This document shows, piece after piece, positions 61,169 to 64,000 of a stretch of 64,000 nucleotides of DNA. Under the pieces are notes generated by a model. It had not been told where the DNA came from and did not search any database. It saw only the letters and a list, made by a program, of their open reading frames with translations. Position 1 is the stretch's first letter. Each line of letters starts with the position of its first letter. The stretch is from Patescibacteria group bacterium (GTDB lineage Archaea; Nanobdellota; Nanobdellia; Pacearchaeales; GW2011-AR1), in NCBI GenBank assembly GCA_019428815.1, contig JAHYJW010000001.1:47119-111118 (forward strand), read 5' to 3'. A program made the translations under genes and the position numbers.

Positions 61169-61241
61169 CGCCCCGTCCGAGATTCGAACTCGGGTCACGG
61201 CCGTGAGAGGGCCGCATTCTTGGCCTCTGAACTAACGGGGC
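61169..61241 (-). tRNA. tRNA-Glu (anticodon CUC)
   Basis: Reverse complement GCCCCGTTAGTTCAGAGGCCAAGAATGCGGCCCTCTCACGGCCGTGACCCGAGTTCGAATCTCGGACGGGGCG. Anticodon stem CGGCC/GGCCG with loop CUCUCAC. Confidence 0.8.
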
Positions 61242-61293
61242 ATAGACCTCTTTGATTTGAGATATCTTTAAGCTTTTTTTTAAATAAAAGCTA

Positions 61294-61366
61294 TAGCCCC
61301 ACCAGGATTCGAACCTGGGTTACGAGATCCAGAGTCTCGCGTTCTTGACCACTGAACTATGGGGCT
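61294..61366 (-). tRNA. tRNA-Gln (anticodon CUG)
   Basis: Reverse complement AGCCCCATAGTTCAGTGGTCAAGAACGCGAGACTCTGGATCTCGTAACCCAGGTTCGAATCCTGGTGGGGCT. Anticodon stem CGAGA/TCTCG with loop CUCUGGA. Confidence 0.8.
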
Positions 61367-61503
61367 TTGTTTAATTATAGACTTATTTACCTTTTATAAC
61401 ATTTTGGTTAGAGTACCCCTTATCTTTTTCGATTTTTTTAAAAATTTGAATGATCTATCTTAAAATCTTGCAATTTTAAGATATCTTGAATTTTAGAATA
61501 AAT

Positions 61504-62559
61504 TTAATCTTTTCCATTACCATGGGCAATACTTTCTTTTAATCCTGCAGGACTTATTTCTATAAAATCTGCTTTTCCACAAAGCTCGTCTATTTTAGAA
61601 GCTCCTACATAAGTCATTCCAGATGCTAAACCTCCTATAAACTTCCTTAAGACACTTTCAACAGAACCCTTTTTTTGAACAAAAATTTTTTCTCCTTCTA
61701 CACTAATCACTTCATTCCGCCTCTTTCCATCAAGCTCTAGTCTTTTTATTGTTGCGTCATAACTTGCCATGCCCCTATAAACTTTATACTCTTTACCCTG
61801 CTTTTCAATAACCTCCCCTGGGGTTTCTTCACATCCAGATACTATAGAACCAACCATTACAGTATTCGCTCCTGCACCAATTGCTTTTACGACATCTCCT
61901 GGAAATCTTATTCCCCCATCTGCACAAATTGGAACTCTGCCTTGAGTTTCTTCATAAACATCCATAATTGCAGTTATTTGAGGAACTCCTGCACCAGTCA
62001 TAATCCGGGTGATACATACAGATCCCGGACCTATACCTACTTTTATAGCATCTGCGCCCTTAGTCAGAAAATAATGAGCTGCGTCTTTTGTTGCCACATT
62101 TCCTACCATTACATCAATCTTTGGAAAGTTTTGTTTAATCCAATCTAGAACTTTTCCCACTCTTTTTGAATGTCCATGAGCGACATCTAAAACTAGAATA
62201 TCCACCCCTACTTTAACTAACTCTTTGGTTCTTTCTTGAAAATCTTTTATTCCAACTGCTGCTGCAGAGATTAAACCCACTTCTTTAACTTTTTTAACTT
62301 CTTTTGATTGTTCTTCTATTGTTAAAAATCTATGAATTACTCCTAATCCTCCGATTTTACCAATTTCAATAGCCATTTTAGATTCGCAAATACTATCCAT
62401 ATTAGCAGCAATAAGGGGGATGTCTATGGAGTAGTTTTTAGTTACCCTTGTTTTTAAAAGAACATCTCTTCTAGAAAAAACTTTATTGTATTTTGGAACA
62501 ATCAAAACATCATCAAATGAAAATCCTCTCCCAATTATTCTTGCCATTTTAACAAGCAT
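61504..62559 (-). CDS. IMP dehydrogenase/GMP reductase-family protein (no CBS domains)
   Basis: TIM-barrel IMPDH motifs. Catalytic loop [31 protein letters not shown]. 351 aa. Confidence 0.8.
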   Translation of the reverse strand: MLVKMARIIGRGFSFDDVLIVPKYNKVFSRRDVLLKTRVTKNYSIDIPLIAANMDSICESKMAIEIGKIGGLGVIHRFLTIEEQSKEVKKVKEVGLISAAAVGIKDFQERTKELVKVGVDILVLDVAHGHSKRVGKVLDWIKQNFPKIDVMVGNVATKDAAHYFLTKGADAIKVGIGPGSVCITRIMTGAGVPQITAIMDVYEETQGRVPICADGGIRFPGDVVKAIGAGANTVMVGSIVSGCEETPGEVIEKQGKEYKVYRGMASYDATIKRLELDGKRRNEVISVEGEKIFVQKKGSVESVLRKFIGGLASGMTYVGASKIDELCGKADFIEISPAGLKESIAHGNGKD

Positions 62560-62702
62560 ATCTATGAAAAGAGGTTATAAAAACATTATTAAAAAAAAGT
62601 TCCTAAAAAATATACCCTTATCCTCTTTATATCTTATTTTAATTAAATTATCTCTAAGAAATTAGGGGATAAATTTAAATTTAGAGATTCTTTTGGTTTA
62701 TT

Positions 62703-63152
62703 ATGTTAAGAAGAGTACATATATTCATGGGGCTATTTTTGGCATTGTATTTTTTACCTCATGTAAACCATAAGATTCTTTTTTTTCCAATAGTTTTGAT
62801 ATCGAGTATTATCCCAGATTTAGATACTATCTTTTTTCCCCATAAAACTCATTATAAAATTATTAAGATGTTGAAATCTGAACCTTATAAAAATTTTATG
62901 CATAGCTATACTCTTTGTATTTTTCTTTCTCTAATTTTAGCATTTTTTTACCCTATTATTGCTTTACCCTTTTTTATAGGATATTCTTTTCATTTATTTT
63001 TTGAGAGTCTTACTACTTATGGTACTCGACCTTTTTGGCCAGCAAAAATCAGATCAAAAGGTTTTATAGCTCCTGAAGGAACTATCGAAAAGACCTTGAC
63101 GGTCATTCTGGGAATTTTAAGTGTTATCTTAATCTTGGGTTATCTTATTTGA
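62703..63152 (+). CDS. Hypothetical membrane protein
   Basis: Four TM helices. Possible metal-binding His. Confidence 0.3.
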   Translation: MLRRVHIFMGLFLALYFLPHVNHKILFFPIVLISSIIPDLDTIFFPHKTHYKIIKMLKSEPYKNFMHSYTLCIFLSLILAFFYPIIALPFFIGYSFHLFFESLTTYGTRPFWPAKIRSKGFIAPEGTIEKTLTVILGILSVILILGYLI

Positions 63153-63186
63153 TTTTTAGAAAAGTTTTTATATCTGCTCCCCCTTT

Positions 63187-63546
63187 TTGTCTTATACTCG
63201 GAGCAAAAATCTTAAAATGGTTAATTTTTTACTAATCGTCCTGATATCTTTTTTAATTGTTTTTATTTACTTTAAAGCTAATAATCTTAGGACTAAAACT
63301 GCTTATATTTTCATATACTTAGGAATGGCATTTTTGCTTCTTATGGGTTATTTGATTGTTTATCCTCTACTTTCTGGAAGAGAAGTAAATCTTTCAGTTA
63401 TAGAAGATATATCTGGCTCTACAAGAACTTTTTTTTCTTGGTTAGGAACAACCTTTACTAATGTTGTTGAAACAACTGGAAATATTATAAGTGGGGATTG
63501 GATAAAAGATAACTTAACTAAAGAGCCCCCTAAAAATAAGAGTTAA
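63187..63546 (+). CDS. Hypothetical membrane protein
   Basis: Two TM helices. Confidence 0.3.
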   Translation: MSYTRSKNLKMVNFLLIVLISFLIVFIYFKANNLRTKTAYIFIYLGMAFLLLMGYLIVYPLLSGREVNLSVIEDISGSTRTFFSWLGTTFTNVVETTGNIISGDWIKDNLTKEPPKNKS

Positions 63547-63547
63547 A

Positions 63548-63802
63548 ATGAAAGTAGCCCTTTTAGCATTTATAAAATTCTTTTTTATAGCCTCTTTGTT
63601 TATTATTAGCAATGGAAACTTACACCTTAAAGATACTGATGAAAGGCAAGTTTTTTTTGATTTGTATACCTCCTGGCTTGAAGATGTTTTTGAACAAGGA
63701 GTAGAAGTTACAGGTTATGTTGTTAACTCAAGATGGTTACCTGGAAATAATTATAATCCTAATCAAATATTTCAACCTTTAATCTTTAAAGAAATCTTTT
63801 AA
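63548..63802 (+). CDS. Hypothetical small secreted/membrane protein
   Basis: N-terminal hydrophobic segment. 84 aa. Confidence 0.3.
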   Translation: MKVALLAFIKFFFIASLFIISNGNLHLKDTDERQVFFDLYTSWLEDVFEQGVEVTGYVVNSRWLPGNNYNPNQIFQPLIFKEIF

Positions 63803-64000
63803 TTCTGTCCCTTGAGATGAAACTTCTCTATACTTTTTAATTTGTTCATTTGTTAGTTTCTCAAAAAGAATTTCAGGTTTTCTGATTTTATGCTTTTCTC
63901 CCAAATCCTTTCCAATTTCCTCCCAAATTCCTGAAGAAAGAGGACTACCTTTTAGAGAAATTTGATTCCAAACTCTTTTAGACGTTTTAGGTAAATAAGG
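63779..64000 (-). CDS. Partial CDS (C-terminal end; continues beyond window), likely methionyl-tRNA synthetase core C-terminus
   Basis: Reverse-strand translation ...VWNQISLKGSPLSSGIWEEIGKDLGEKHKIRKPEILFEKLTNEQIKKYREVSSQGTELKDFFKD* ends with the KPEPLFxKIE-type tail seen in MetRS. Stop at 63779-63781. Confidence 0.4.
   Translation of the reverse strand, partial: PYLPKTSKRVWNQISLKGSPLSSGIWEEIGKDLGEKHKIRKPEILFEKLTNEQIKKYREVSSQGTELKDFFKD

Noticed and set aside
1-64000. rRNA genes, RNase P RNA or SRP RNA
   Set aside because: No extended GC-rich non-coding stretch of adequate length was seen in any intergenic gap. The gaps are short and AT-rich apart from the tRNAs.

Overview
Archaeal chromosome segment, very AT-rich and coding-dense. 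The reduced proteins and AT bias suggest a small-genome, DPANN-like archaeon. The archaeal assignment rests on a large set of informational genes: TBP, aRF1 with NIKS and GGQ motifs, NAC-alpha, TFS, Sec61-beta, L15e, L41e, RpoL, RFC small and large subunits, family-B DNA polymerase, FEN-1, ATP-dependent DNA ligase, topoisomerase IA, RadB, CDC48, class-I LysRS, and an MCM-like N-terminus at the window start. The main accessory feature is a complete type V-A CRISPR-Cas locus on the minus strand. It consists of cas12a (1286 aa), cas4, cas1 and cas2, followed by a 27-repeat array at 9324-11057. The 36-bp repeats read in crRNA sense as GTCTAGAAGCATGCTTTAATTTCTACTATTGTAGAT, with the canonical Cas12a UCUAC-UAUU-GUAGA handle. 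tRNA-Gly sits immediately upstream of cas12a, and the array contains near-duplicate variant spacers. Five tRNAs were found by hand folding (Ile-GAU, Gly-CCC, Lys-CUU, Glu-CUC, Gln-CUG), all on the minus strand. Two small genes missed by the ORF track were recovered: Sec61-beta (50 aa) and L41e (38 aa). Other points of interest are a tandem pair of pentapeptide-repeat-like paralogs, a Cys-rich membrane protein with a C-terminal HNH_3 domain that overlaps a small RHH gene, a zinc-ribbon/Hsp20-like fusion, a membrane GT2 processive synthase, and a perfect 21-bp palindrome. All calls are from manual motif recognition. No database searches were run.
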